Assembly (NCBI RefSeq): GCF_009834535.1
Contig: NC_045696.1
Coordinates: 94,428,001 to 94,492,000, forward strand
Length of the DNA: 64,000 bases
Reading direction: 5' to 3'
From: Camelus ferus
Lineage: Eukaryota
The translations under genes and the position numbers were made by a program. This document shows, one piece after another, positions 16,051 through 29,400 of the stretch; position 1 is the stretch's first letter; each line of letters begins with the position of its first letter. The notes beneath the pieces were generated by a model. The model did no database searches. It was not told the origin of the DNA and saw nothing but the letters and a program-made list of their open reading frames with translations.

Positions 16051-18402
16051 CCACTTTGCCACACACCCATCTCCATAGTGCTTGTTCTAAAAAAACATTT
16101 CTTGACAAAATGTCTATTTATGTTAAAAAGTTAACTTCCTTTCCTCTAAACAAACCCTTACCTGCATTCAGCTTCCTTTTCCCACTTTTTTCCTATTATT
16201 TGAACCGCATTTAGGCAGAAAAATCCTTATATAACATACCTCTGTGTTCTCAGTCAGTAGACTTCACGTAAGTCACTTGAGCCTTTTATTCCACTTTATT
16301 TGCAGTTCTAACGGTTGCAGAATTCACGAAGGATTTGGCATCCTAACCGTGGGGTGAAAGGTTGGAAATTTGCTGTTTTCAAATATTCTTACTCCTCTTC
16401 AACCTAGGTTTTTAAAGATTATTTTTCTAGCCTTTCTTTGTTGAAACAATTGAATGCTCACCAAAGTGCTTTTCATCATAGTGAATTAGACTTGGATAAA
16501 CAAAAAAAAAATTGCAATTAAGAAAGCTTTCCGTTTGCTTCTATTTTTATGGACGATTGTAAAGTTGATGTGAGCTCTTACAGAATGTTCAGCTATGGTA
16601 GTTGGAATTGCACGCCCTAATTTCAGTTCACTGCCTCCTAACAGCTAAAAAATGCATGGAGCAAAGACTTTCAACTCCAGTCTTGGACCCTAGTTGCTCC
16701 CTTCTCTTTCTCCAAGTAAAAATTCCTGACACATTTAGCTCTTCTGAATCTGTATGTGCACATAAAGAGAGAGGTTGGGGAGAGGGAGGGGGCACTTTGA
16801 GTAAGGGAAGAGGTGGGGACAGAAGGGATGGGAGGCAAGATTTTCTGATCAGAACCAAAGAGATTACTAAAAGTGAGATGGGATAGCTAAATGAAGACAT
16901 TTTCCTTTAGAAAAGCCACAAATTACTTTTTCAAAGCTTGAATTAATAGGCCCTTTACAACAGTGTTTCTCTGTGACTGTTCAGTTGTCAAAATGGAAAT
17001 CTGTAGACTGTCAGTTCCTTTTTAGCTGGAAAAAAAATATATGACCACACGAAGCCCCTTTTAAGACATTCCTCCAGTGCAAGCATTTAAAATAATTTCT
17101 CAAAGGAAAGTACTATATTCTGAGTGAATAGCATGACATTATGAACTGCATCTAACATAAGATTTTGCTTCGACAGGCCCGTCAATGCTCCTTAGTTCCA
17201 CTGTAATGAAATGAAAATCATGTGAGCTGGAAAGAAATATCTTGCTCACCCTGATACTCTTTATTAACTGTGGAATTGTACTATTTTCTTCACCATGGCA
17301 ACAAAAGCACAGAGTGGAGTTAGCTTTCACCTTCTTTGCACAAGGTGATGGGGAAAAACAGTAACAAAGAAAAGTGAAGCAAACACAGATTTCAGGAAAC
17401 AAGGAGTTAAGGAAGCCATGAACCCAGGCCAGTGTGAGCTCAATGACCAGCATTAAGGGCCCTATTCCAAACAGTTTCCTAGACTAGGCAATGTGACCCA
17501 GAGAAAAGACTTTCACTTTATATCTGATAAAATCCCAGAATGGGTGACTTTTAATGTCAGCCTGTCAACTGAAAGACCAATTTAAATGATCTCATTTTAC
17601 ATTAAGGTTAATGTCAGTGAAAAGATTTGATTGACCAGTAATCTTGAAATAAGGATCTGAATTACTCATATGCAGTGTCGTTGAAAAGCAAAAAATTTGT
17701 TCTCATCAGCAAGTACAATTCTTTCAGTGATTTTTTAGAGAATCAAAGCTGATTTGCATTATGATACATTTTAGCCACAACTGTTTTTCCCAGAAAATAG
17801 AGTTTGGCTTAAAATGTCAGATATTCTATAGTCTGTTCAATTTGCATTGTTCAACATATTCAAAGCCATTCATCTTCCTCTGACATTCTGAGGTCCATAA
17901 TGGGTTGTCTTTCCCTAGGACATGCTGGTACAGGCCAACCTACCAGAATTGGGCCAACTGATTATTCCCTATTCAGGGAGAAGGGTCAAGAGTCACATTA
18001 GAGTTTTGTTTTGTCACCTGAGAAGCAATGTAAGAATTAGTAAATAAGTACTAGCTAAATAGGAATCAAATCGTTACACTGCAGCTAGAAAGCCAAAACA
18101 TTTCATTAAATCACGGGACTTGACTGATGTGGAATTCTAAAGATTAAAAAGAAAATCAATTTGGCCATTTATCTTAAATAAACAAGGTGACAAATACTCT
18201 ATATTGTGTTATTGGCACTCAGTTTTTAGTATCATGTTTTATTAAAAGCGAATTTGGTGCTTAAATTGAGGGGAAAGGTTCAAAATAGTATTTTAAAAAT
18301 AGAAAACTAGGTTGCGAGGACTTTCAGAAAGACGTTGAAGAAAATGCCGATTTAAATAACTGCCCTCTTTGAAGCTCCAAAATAGCAAAAAGAATTCCAC
18401 TA

Positions 18403-18685
18403 ATAGAAATAGACTCACAGACAGAGAATACAGACTTGTGGTTACCAGGGGGGAGGAGGGTGGGAAGGGATAGACTGGGATTTCAAAATTGTAGAATAGA
18501 CTACACTGTATAGCACAGGGGAATATACACAAAATGTTATGATAACTCACAGAGAAAAAAATGTGACAATGAGTGTGTATATGTCCATGAATAACTGAAA
18601 AATTGTGCTGAACACTGGAATTTGACACAACATTGTAAAATGATTATAAATCAATAAAAAAATGTTAAAAAAAAAAAAAGAAAAA
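18403..18685 (+). mobile_element. Young, severely 5'-truncated LINE-1 3' end
   Basis: agactcacagacagagaatacagacttgtggttaccaggggg...actgtatagcacaggg...tcAATAAAaaaatgtt followed by an A-tail. Confidence 0.9.
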
Positions 18686-18849
18686 GTAATGGTAGCAAAG
18701 TGATACTATAAAAGTCAAAATCGAATTGATGGTCACAGCATAATTTGGAGCAAACTGAGCATGTTAAGTGTCAGCACGCAGGTCCCATAAATGAGACTCT
18801 GGTCAGCACTTGGGGGAGTCAGTGAGGCTCAGAGTTACGAGTTGTTAAG

Positions 18850-19010
18850 CCCTCACTGCATACCAGGGCCTGCATCATTTCACTGACTCCTTTTAATAAG
18901 TGGGTGCTATTAGCTTCTTAATTTTATAGATGATAAAAGTAAGGTTTTTTGCCCAAGGTCGCATAGCTGCATTGCTAGAATTTGCTGAGATTTTAACGCA
19001 GGTTTCTTTA
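18850..19010 (-). mobile_element. MIR SINE remnant
   Basis: attttatagatgataaaagtaagg...gcccaaggtcgcatagct. Confidence 0.65.
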
Positions 19011-21486
19011 GCTATAAAACATTCCTTGAGTGACTAAGTAATACAGGCTTCCAAGGAGGAAGTTCTGGAGTACCTTACTTGTGACCCTGAACTTGGAAGG
19101 AGAGTAGTTGGAAGTGTGGTACACCATGGAAGACAGAGTACCCCGGTAACAAATGGTCCAGGCAGAGAGGGCTACAATAGCATGGGCACGTGGACGAGCA
19201 AGGCAGAGAAGGAAAAGGCAGTGTGAGAGCCACGTTCTTGTTTGTTTCCTTAGCGCCATAGTCTGACCAGGAGAGAATGGGCCTAGAAGCGAGTCTGGGT
19301 TGGAGAGAGATGCAGAATAGGAGGTCAATGCCCGCCTGCTAAGTGATAGACCAAAGAGAAAATATGAACTGAGCCACCGAGTGTAAAACTGCTGATCCAT
19401 GAGACGGCAGGAAGATGTGGTCCCCCCAAACATAACTGGGCTGCTCAGAAAAGCCAGAAGAAAGGTCAAATCCAATGCGATTCCCACAGGTTGGGTTGTG
19501 TGCCCTAACCTGGTGGAGCTGGCTTGCCTTCCAGGCAGAGTTACAACAGATACAAAAGCACATAAAGAAGTCGTTAGATTTTAGTTGTTACATTAATTCA
19601 GATTCCAGCTTGGGTGGCTCGAGGAGTCTCAGAATCTCTTGCACTGGGTCCTGTGAAATCCAATTGTGTCCTTCTTTAGGAAAAACACATGAGTAGTTTC
19701 ATGTCCAAAGTCATGGTGCCAATAATTCATATTATGGCTGAGTTCACAAAATTGATCGAGTTGTAATATAAGTAAGTTACTTTTAAGCTCTGAGATTCTT
19801 TCTAATCAAAAGTTCTATGATCCCTTAGGACTACCGAGTTTATCAGAAGCCACGGGCGGACTAGAATAATCTCCCCTTCACAAGAGATTAAAGATTTTGT
19901 GGGTTAAGTCTAGGCTGGAGAAGACATACCAGCTTTAAGTTTAGCACTGTGACTTTTACTTATACAACACTGATTTTGGAGGCTAGGAGACAGCTTTCAG
20001 TTTGAGGTGGTGTTGGATGTGCTCAGTGGTTTAACTGTAGCTTTTTGTTAACTTGCAGCAATTAGGTAGCAGCATAAAGATAAATTACAAATGTTTTTAC
20101 TTCTAACAGTTATACACGTTCACTATATAATATTTAAAAATCATTGCATCAAGTGAAAAAAAATTAAATTGCTCAGCAGTATCCTCTGATAACTGTATTA
20201 ATTTTTCAGTTTGTTTCTGTTACAGTTGTGAGACCTTCTGATCTCTCCCACTAAACAGTAAACCTCCTCATTATAGGAATTTTGTTTCTTTTATCTTGAT
20301 ATCCTTGAGCTTTCCATAAATGTTTTATAAATATAGACTTTCCTCTTGTAGCAACAGTGGACTATTGGTTTTTGCAAAGTTCTGCATCTTTTCTGACAAC
20401 AACTCCTTGTGTTTGATACAGCTGTTTTTTACCTAAAACCACACTGAATAAGTATCGGAAGTGATATTTGATCTCATGGTTCAGATTTGATTATATACCA
20501 TATTTTAGAATTGTGTTGATTAAATGCTCCACCAGAGGTGGCAGGGAACCTACTAAAATGATCCTACCATTAATGTGCATAATTATTATACCAACTAATT
20601 AAATGAAGGAAAAAAATGCATCTGAACGGAGTCAAGTGTGCTCTTTTCAGGAGCTTTAAACATTATCCTTATAAATATATGCACCCTTTTCAGGGACTTC
20701 TTCATGTATCCAAAGTCTAGCACCACTGCAAGTCCATCTCATCATATATTGTGAATGGATGGGGACTGAATACATTAATATTTATGACATAAAGGAGGAT
20801 GCAAATATCATACACTCTTCATGACTTAGGAGGTGGCTAGCTGGGATAGAATGCATCATATTTTTCCCATTAAATTGAATGAGTTTTTTTTAATGCAATA
20901 GCTTTTCATTCGGTGGCAGATTTTTTTAGCAATAAATTAAAGTGGATTGGTGAATTCTTGAATTAATGAATTGCATCAAGAGGACACTGGCCTGAGCTAA
21001 GATTTAAGCATGTCGGTACTGAGGGGTTGACTGGACCCAGGCACCTATGAGCGTGAGTTGGTTTTTATGGCAGAAAGAGAACCTACTGGGAGGTAATTTT
21101 ACATGGGACTATCCACTTGCAGAGACGAAACACAGTGAATGGAGAAGAGTGTATGATGAATGGTCCCAGCCCAGGCCTATGAAAAACATCAGAGCTCTTG
21201 GCTGAGAGGAGCAAAAGTGGAAGCTGAGGACAGTTCTCATGGGGACTTTGAAGCATTTTCCTCCTGAGGTGTGACGTAGAATGGGCTGATGCCTGTCCTT
21301 CATCCACCTTTTTTATTGGCACCCAGCTACCCCGCACCCATCCTGCACTGTGAGGGTTCTAGGGCACTCATTGGTGGTGGTGCTGGAAAGGGCATCATCA
21401 CTGTCTGGGCAAATAGCTTCTACAGTAGGCTGAGTAACAGACCCCTAATACCCACATCCTAATTCCCGGAGCCTTGAGTGTATTAT

Positions 21487-21774
21487 TGCTATGGATTGAA
21501 TGTTCGTGTCCCCCTCAAATTCGTATGTTAAAGCCTTAGCCCCCAGTATGATAGTTGGAGGTGAGGCCTCTCAGAGACAATCTGGGTTAGATTCAGTCAT
21601 GTGGTCTGAGCCGGCAGGATGTAATTAATACCCTTATAAAAAGAGAGACAGGAGAGTAGTCTCTCTCGCTCTCTCGGACTTCCCAGTTTTCCATACTGTG
21701 AGAAATAAGTGTTTGTTGTTTAAGCTACTCGGTTTGCAGTATTTTGTTAACAGTAGCTCAAACTGACGAAGACA
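21487..21774 (+). mobile_element. MLT1A-like MaLR solo LTR nested in the MLT1D-like LTR
   Basis: TG...CA termini (tgctatggattgaatgttcgtgtccccc ... aactgacgaagaca); degraded 5-bp flanks attat/gttac. Confidence 0.85.
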
Positions 21775-22044
21775 GTTACCTTTGCAGACATGATTTAGTT
21801 GAAGATCTTGAGGTGGGGAGATTTTCAAGGTGGGCTTAGTGTTACTGCAAGGGTCCTCATGAGGAGGAGGCAGGAAGATTGGAGTGACAAAAGGAGGTGA
21901 CAAAGGAAGCAGAGATCGTAGTGAGGTGCTTTGTAGATGGAGGAAGGAGCCATAAGACAAGGAACGCAGGCAGCTTCTAGAAGCTGGAAAATGCAAGGTG
22001 ATAGTCTCTCTCAGGCCCCAAGAAGGAACACAGCTCTGCCAGTA

Positions 22045-22423
22045 TCTTTTTTTCTTTTTCCATTTTTCTTTCATTTTTTCCCCCATTCTCTTTTTTTCTT
22101 CCAGTTTTACTGAGATATAATTGACACCGAGCACTCTCTAAGGTATACAATGTAATGATTTAACTCATATACATCATGATATGCTTTCCACAGTAAATTT
22201 AGTGAACATCCATCACCTCATACAGGTACAAAATAAAAGAAAAAAAATACCTTTTCTTTGAAATGAGAACTCTTAGGATTTACTCTCTTAAACATATGTG
22301 TCATATAACATACAGTGTTCATCAGAGTAATCATATTGTACATTACATCCGAAGTACTTATTTATCTTGTAACTGGAAGTTTGTACCTTTAACCACCTTC
22401 ATCCAATTCCCCCTTCCCCCGCC
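22045..22423 (-). mobile_element. LINE-1 3' end (L1MA-type) with long pyrimidine tail, nested in the MLT1D-like LTR
   Basis: ccagttttactgagatataattgaca...tgagaactcttaggatttactctctt...taactggaagtttgtaccttt. Confidence 0.85.
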
Positions 22424-22859
22424 TTAAACCATTTTAAGTTCAAATCTGTAGCTTCTGCCCATCAGCTCTGATTTTGCTCTTTAGACAACACAAAACTACT
22501 CCAGTCTCTCTTGTGGCATCTGCCAACTTCTTGATTTTAACCCCATAAAACCCATTTTGTACTTCTGACCTCCAGAATTATAAGTTGGCATTGTTTTAAA
22601 CCACTGAGCTTGTGATAATTTGTTACAGCAACAATAGGAAATTACAGCTCTTCAGGACAGACACACATGGGTGGTGGTCAGCAGATTCAGGAGCACCCAC
22701 TGGAGACTTGGTGGAAAAAACAGTAGTGCCCTGTCAGGGGACACATGGGAGACCTACTCTGGGACCTCCCAGAAAGTCTTGGGTCAGAGGACTTGGCAGG
22801 GGCCTGAGACTGTGTGTTGCATTTGGGGGCAGTGAGCCATCGAGATTGGAATTAATAAC

Positions 22860-23217
22860 TACTCAGCAGTAAAAAGAATGAACTACTAATACACACAACA
22901 TCACGCGTGAATCTCAAAAACAGAATGTTAAGCAATAGAAACTAGAAATTTAAAAATCCGGATTATAAGAATAATCATGTAGAATCTGTATGCAGATAAA
23001 GCAAATCTATGGTGATAGAAATCAGGTGGTGGTTGGAGGCAGAGTGAGGAGAGAAAGAAATTGACTAAATGGAGGCAAAGGGTTTCTGGGATGATGGAAA
23101 TCTACGCTATGTTGCGTGCTGGTTACACTAGTATGTAAAACTGTCAGAACTAACTGAGCTGAACCCTCTAGACTGGTGCATTTTTTTGCATGTTAATTAT
23201 ATCTCAATGAATAAAAG
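22860..23217 (+). mobile_element. Old LINE-1 3' end (L1MC/ME-type)
   Basis: actcagcagtaaaaagaatgaactactaatacacacaaca...atctatggtgatagaaatcag...ttaattatatctcaat. Confidence 0.85.
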
Positions 23218-25033
23218 AAGGTCCTTTACTCCAAAAAAAAATTTTTTTAATCGTAATTAATAATCTGGCCTTAGTTGTACACACAGACCAGTAAAGCAAG
23301 AGGACATTCCAGTTACAGAGTATTTCAAACTGAGCTGACTAGCAAGTAATCTTACTTAAGTCACCAGCCTCAGCTTGAACAGCTTACCTGTTATTGTTGG
23401 AAGCAGCGGGTCCTCATTGCAGCCCTCCCCTCCCCTCCCCACTATGATCTGTCATCCAGAGTCATTCACTTTTCCTACAGGGCAAATGAGGCCTGAAAAG
23501 CACAATCAAAACCAATGCCTCACTCTAGGGAAAGCAAACTGGTTTTCTGACACTCTTGGTGGTTTGGGGAGTTGTATAACCCGAGAGATACCACCTGAGC
23601 TCTGAATCTATGAGGTACTCATTCTGGATGAGAACTGCTACATATTTGGCAACCGGACTCAGTTAAGAGTACTTAAGGTTGAAGGAGGTGGGAGGTGGGG
23701 CATGGCCCTGGGTCATCACTGATAATTATAGCTGTAGCTTCCAATGGTAACAGCAACTGGGGAAAAGTTAGCAAGCTGTAGCAACCTCCCATGAGAACTA
23801 CCTATGACTCAGTGTTCTCTCCAGTGCCTCAGTACTGGAAACAGACGTGCCATCATTTGCAAGAGATAAAATTATACTTGTGAGTGCAGTAGTCCTTTTA
23901 AACTCCCAAACTTTGCAAACTCCCCATTGCTTAATAATACTTACTGATAATTTAATGAACATCACCACTGCGTAGAGAAATTATCCAAAATTACTACTTG
24001 CACTTTATTTGTTGTGAATTCCCAGGCTAGATAACTCATAGGGTTGCAATCACTCGACGTTATCAGTTATCTAAAAATTATTAAGGGGATTTAGAAAAAA
24101 ATACATATGAGTCATTGCAGACTGTTCCACGTACAATTATGATAAAAGCCCCTTACATATGCTTTATTATGCAGCTTATTTTAATAACACATTAAAACAG
24201 TGACTATTTGTTTTATTGTGCTATAAATTCTTTCCACTTGGCCTGCGAGTTCCTAAAATAACATTTCAAGATTAAAATGAATTTTATTTCCTAGTTTCTA
24301 ATGGTTATAATTAAGAGGCTAGATTTTGAACCAGACTCTTCTCTAAAGGTGCATGGATAGGCATCAGTATGGGTACCAGTAATGTCAAGTGAGGGCCAGT
24401 TAAGGTTAAAGGTGTTTCTGGCTGAATTTCGGTCTAGTTCTTATTTTTCTTTTGACATCACAAGCACTTGCTACATCAGAGGACATTTGACATTATAGCA
24501 ACACAAGTATGTTAGCACCCATGTAACTCCTTGCAGGGTCACGTGAAGGTGTGAAGATTGTGCTGGGAGCAATAATTGAGCTCATCCATACAACATCACC
24601 TCCAGGCACAACTGTAAAGTAGGAATGGTGTTTCTCTTCTTCTTCTCCCTTAGTGACTTCCCCTTCAGGGTTTTTTCATCTTTCACTGTACCCCGCAGAG
24701 ATAGTAGTACCCTTCTCTGCTCTGACCCTTCTGGGGCCCTACTTGGCTCTTCACATAAATTCACTCTGTGTGTTTCCCACCATGACAGCAGAAAGCACAT
24801 CAGTTCAGAGGTACATTGTCTAGCATATACGGCTCTCGAAATGCATGTGTTAGATAAAGGTGAATACATGCTTAAATAAATACATATGCATGAAGGAGCT
24901 ATAAAATGAATAGGCTTCCTTCCCCAAGCATCATCTCATACTTGGGGTCCTTCTCTTTACTGACTTTCCCGTCTTACATTGATGCTCAAGATGACTCTGC
25001 CCACCCACCCACAGTTATATTATAGCTGGAGAA

Positions 25034-25035
<2 letters not shown>

Positions 25036-25076
<41 letters not shown>
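25036..25076. repeat. (AC)~20 perfect microsatellite
   Basis: Read directly from sequence. Confidence 0.98.
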
Positions 25077-25082
<6 letters not shown>

Positions 25083-25209
25083 TCATAAAATATATTTAAT
25101 GAAATGTGATATATGTGACATATAGTTATTGTCATATATTATGTACATGGCAACAGAAGAGTGCTATCATTTCCTTTGGTGGGTGGTAGGGCAGCAAAGA
25201 TGCACTGAA

Positions 25210-25360
25210 ATATAGTAGAACACACACATTTTAAGGGTCAAATGACCCTGGGCTTGAATCCCAACTACGTCCCTAATTCTCTAACGTGGGCAAAGTACTT
25301 AACATCTCAGTGTCTCAACTTCCTTATCTGTAAAATGGGAATGTTATTATGTACCTTTAA
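25210..25360 (+). mobile_element. MIR SINE
   Basis: cctgggcttgaatccca...gggcaaagtacttaacatctcagtgtctcaacttccttatctgtaaaatggga. Confidence 0.88.
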
Positions 25361-26220
25361 GAAAGTGTTATCAAGGCCTTATTTATAGATCAATCCTAAA
25401 TCTTGCAGTTAGTCCTCCTGTTGAAGGAGGAGACTTATAAGTCATTCCCACAGCTATAGGGGAAACAAAAATGCAGAACATTGATATTCCTAGAGGAATG
25501 ACTTGATGAACAAAAGGCATTTAGCAGAGCACATGGAAGGAACTCACTCCTCAGTGTTGCAACTGCTAAACAACCATAGGCAGAAGCTGGAGATCTTGTC
25601 CTCTTAGCAATGAAGGTTTTGATCTAATGAACAGATTCATGGGCAGAACCAAAATGGGACAGTCTAAGTTCAGCAGAGCCCGTACAACACAAACAACACA
25701 ATTCTGTCAAATAGAAGAGAGAGAGAGTTTCTTAATCCTACTTGGTAAAGGGTTTTATCAGTTTCTAATGAGTAGATAAAAAAAAATTCAGAACATTGGA
25801 TACTATTTTTAGTTCCATAATTGCTACTCCATGAGAAGCCATGAAAATTCCTCTGGATTAATTATTTCAACCAAGTTTTGTTTTCCACTCAGCTGCAGAA
25901 ATAAGATTTTTCGTCTAAGAGTCTCCCACCTGATTGTAGTTCTAGTATCTCCAGATGTGTTGGCCATTCCTAAGGCACAGAAATGGGTTTTTATGTCCTA
26001 CACAGAGAACTTTTTGGTCTCGTCAAGATTAGTTTTCACTCTAAAAGTCGGAGAAGGAGAACCAGTGTTAACTCCATATTCAAATAAGATCTGGAAACTT
26101 CATTGTAACTTCGTCCTCCCAGACTCTAGAGTCAGCAATCAAGTTATAGAGGAAATGGTGGCAAACCTCCAGTTTTCCACAATTTCACTTGTTTGGGCAG
26201 TCTGTCAAAATACATTATAA

Positions 26221-26449
26221 TAATGGTTCTCAAAAGAAATCATTGGATAACTCAACAGTCATCCCTGGGGGCGGGGGGAAGTGGCATTTGGCAATATCTG
26301 GAGACATTTTTATTTGTCACAACTGAGTAAATGCCACTGGTACATAGTGAGTAGAGGCCAAGAATGCTACTAAAATTCCTACAGTGCTCACAATTCCGAA
26401 AAGAATTATCTGGTCCAAAATGCCAGTAGCGGTAAGTTGGGAAACCCTG
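26221..26449. mobile_element. MER20 hAT-Charlie MITE
   Basis: catttggcaatatctggagacattttt...gtcacaactg...gtagaggccaagaatgct...aagaattatctggtccaaaatg...gaaaccctg. Confidence 0.88.
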
Positions 26450-29400
26450 CATGACAGTAACGTGTGCTGCATTTAACCACACTGACCCACCCGAGGCGGA
26501 ACACCATGTTGTAACACGGGTTTTGAGTGTGGATTCCCTGCTCCTCCAACTGAGGTATCATGTGTGTCATATTATAGGGATTCTACAGGAAGGGGATTCT
26601 TATGATTCTTCATAGATAGAAAGTTGCCTAAAATGACTGTCAATTTGAGGCTCAGTAATGTCAAATGAGTTTCAAAACATTTTTCACAAATATTGCATTG
26701 GAATGTTTTTATAGTTTTCTGAAAGCTGCATTTAAAATTTCAAGATCTGGTATACAGTCTCTCCTTGCAAGCTATCTGCAGTGCAACCTTAACAAAGGCC
26801 CTTAGCATCCATGAGCTTTGCTGCTTGCGTTTACAAAATGAACTGAAACATACCTGTCTACTTCAGGGGTGGTATTAAGCAAAACAAACAAAACTGAAAT
26901 GGCATATGTAGAATCACTTTCATAAGTGTAAAATAAACATAAGATATTATAGTGTCTTTTTAATATATAACATTCCATTTGAGTAATCAAGCAACTGATT
27001 TTATGACCTTTTCTTTTTCAAGAATCATTACATCAATTTTTCAGATAATTTAAAGACCTTATACATTTCTAAAATAAGCACTTAGGATCTTAGACCACAC
27101 CATCAATGTTACTTTATGGAAAGGAATACAAACACAAACTTCAAACTTAATTTGATGGAGTAGTTGCTATCAGGCACAATTTTAATTTAAATAAATGGCA
27201 CCTTAGCTTTTATACTTATTTGCTTATATATATGTGTGTATATATATAAAATGTAAATATATATATATATACATGCCCCTTGGCTCCCAAAGTCAGGACA
27301 ATTTTAATTTGTCAGAAAAGATGGTTGTTTTTTGAGACTTTAAGCCAAGAACTTGCTCTTATTGTACAATCACAAATACTGCTTAGAGGATTAAATCTAT
27401 AATCAAAATATACAATAAAAAGAAATAATGCTAAGTACATATTATATACTGAGAAAAGGCAAGTTGATGTACTGAATAAGAAGTATACACTCAAATGCCT
27501 GTAGAGGACCAGGTATGAGGCAGAGAAGGGCATATGCCACTCACCTCTAAGCCAGTGTTGTCATGTGGGATAATTGGCCTCATACTTCCAGATCTTAGAG
27601 TTTTTAAAGAAAAACCAGAAATCTTGATGTGAACTTTCCATATTTTTAAAGCATCCACAGAGCAAATTTTGGCCAATGACTGTCTGAAACCACTATTCTA
27701 AATAAACAGTTTAAAGACAATACTTTTCACCCCAATGTCCCAATCATTAAAAAAGAAAAAAAGTTTGATGAGTGATCATTTCCATTGTTCCCTAGTAAAG
27801 TCCCTCTAAGGGACAAGGGCAAGAGAAATCATGGAAAGTCTGCACAGTAACCCAGAACCTGTCTTCAAGACCCTGATGCCTCGGCAGCCTCTTCTTACCC
27901 GCCATCCCAAAGGCCCTCAGGCGAGAAGACCAGGATCTCACAGAGGTCTGAAAATACTTGCCATAGAATGTAGCCCTCTCGTAGAAATAAACCATTTAAT
28001 CATGTTTATGTCAGTTCCATAACCATTGCTCCTCTTGAGAATGATTCAGCTTTAAATTCAAGAGAAACAATCAGACATATGCTGATTCAGGTTAAAAAGA
28101 AATACTGCAAAGTTACAGTAAGTATTTCAACAAGTCCCTTCAAATAATCTACATTATGTATGCATTGTTTACTGAGCTATATGCAATATGCACAGTTTCG
28201 ATAATTTATATAACATTTACTGCATAAGGTTTAATACTCCACTCTTAGCACCTTTAACAGCTATAACAACTGTAGTGTATTGGACATTTCAACCATGTGA
28301 TAGTCAACCAATCAGAACGTCTATTAGAGGCATAATTTTGATTTTAATAATGTTGTCATATTCTCTAATTTGCAATCATTTCCATTGAATTCATATCTGC
28401 TAATATTCAGAGCACTTTCCCCGAGTTTTATGTCCAAAAAAATGCCTTTGAAACATAACAAAAAATTCATTCTGTCGCCACTTGTCTTTGGAAGCAGCTG
28501 TTGATGATAAATCCTGAATTATTCAACTTTGTTTCAGACGTGCACCTCAGCAGGATTACTATCGATCACTGTAGGGTTACAGGGAAAAAATAGTGAAAAC
28601 CCCAAACCACTCTGAAAAAAATGCAGATTGCTGACACCTTTACAGCGTGTGCTGGAATTCAAACCAGCATAGACAAAGAACCACACAGATTGGTTTGTTT
28701 ACTAGGTAAACATACACCCAACCAGTCCTATATTTCTTCCATCCAGATTCACCTCTCAAACCACCATTTTCAAGGCAAGTCTCAAGACCTCCAAATACCA
28801 AACACACAATAACTAACAGGACACTAGAGTGAAAATGCCAATTAATAAAAAGCAATCCAAGAGTCAATGTACATTATTAATTAATTATTGAATCTGGCAC
28901 TGTAGAAGATGAGAGAGTAGTGGAAATCATGGTCCTTGCTCTCATGTGGAGATCTAGAAAAGGCTAAATACACCTGGGTCAGTCAGAGAGCTACTTACTG
29001 TGCTATGGCATTAGCAGGTAGCAGATACCCATAGCAGAGGGGAGAGGTCTGAAATGGTCAGAGACTACTTCTTGGGATACACAGAGTTTGATGTTTACCC
29101 TTAAGAATCCCTGCTTACAATTGCTTTGTTAGTTACAGCGAAGCCCAGGTTCTGAGGTTTATTTATCTTGCATGACGAAGTTAGCTATAAATCATATGAT
29201 GTACCTAACTTTCAAAAATATGTGACTCTAAGGTTAGGTTTTTGGTTTTTTTGCTTTCATTTTACAAGGCAACCACATCATTTACTTCTGTTGTCATTTC
29301 AGTTAATAATAATACAAGGCTTACACACATTAAAAATAAATACTTTAATGTGACGTATATATGCTTAGTTTTATGACATGGCTTTGGTGGGATCAAATCC

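Larger units (their letters stand above)
21421..22646 (+). mobile_element. MLT1D-like MaLR solo LTR in three pieces (21421-21486, 21775-22042, 22518-22646)
   Basis: taggctgagtaa...ccacatcctaattcccggagcc; gagattttcaaggtgggc; cttctagaagctggaaaatgcaagg; acttctgacctccagaattataag...taatttgttacagcaacaataggaaa. Confidence 0.85.

Noticed and set aside
15774..16214. 146-aa plus-strand ORF
   Set aside because: It overlaps a MIR remnant and has no recognisable protein features.
19008..19696. Overlapping ORFs of 61-159 aa
   Set aside because: No recognisable domain or splice structure; the purine-rich sequence looks like decayed L2 or unique DNA.
21634..22134. 166-aa minus-strand ORF
   Set aside because: It spans an L1 tail and two MaLR LTRs, so it is a chance open frame.
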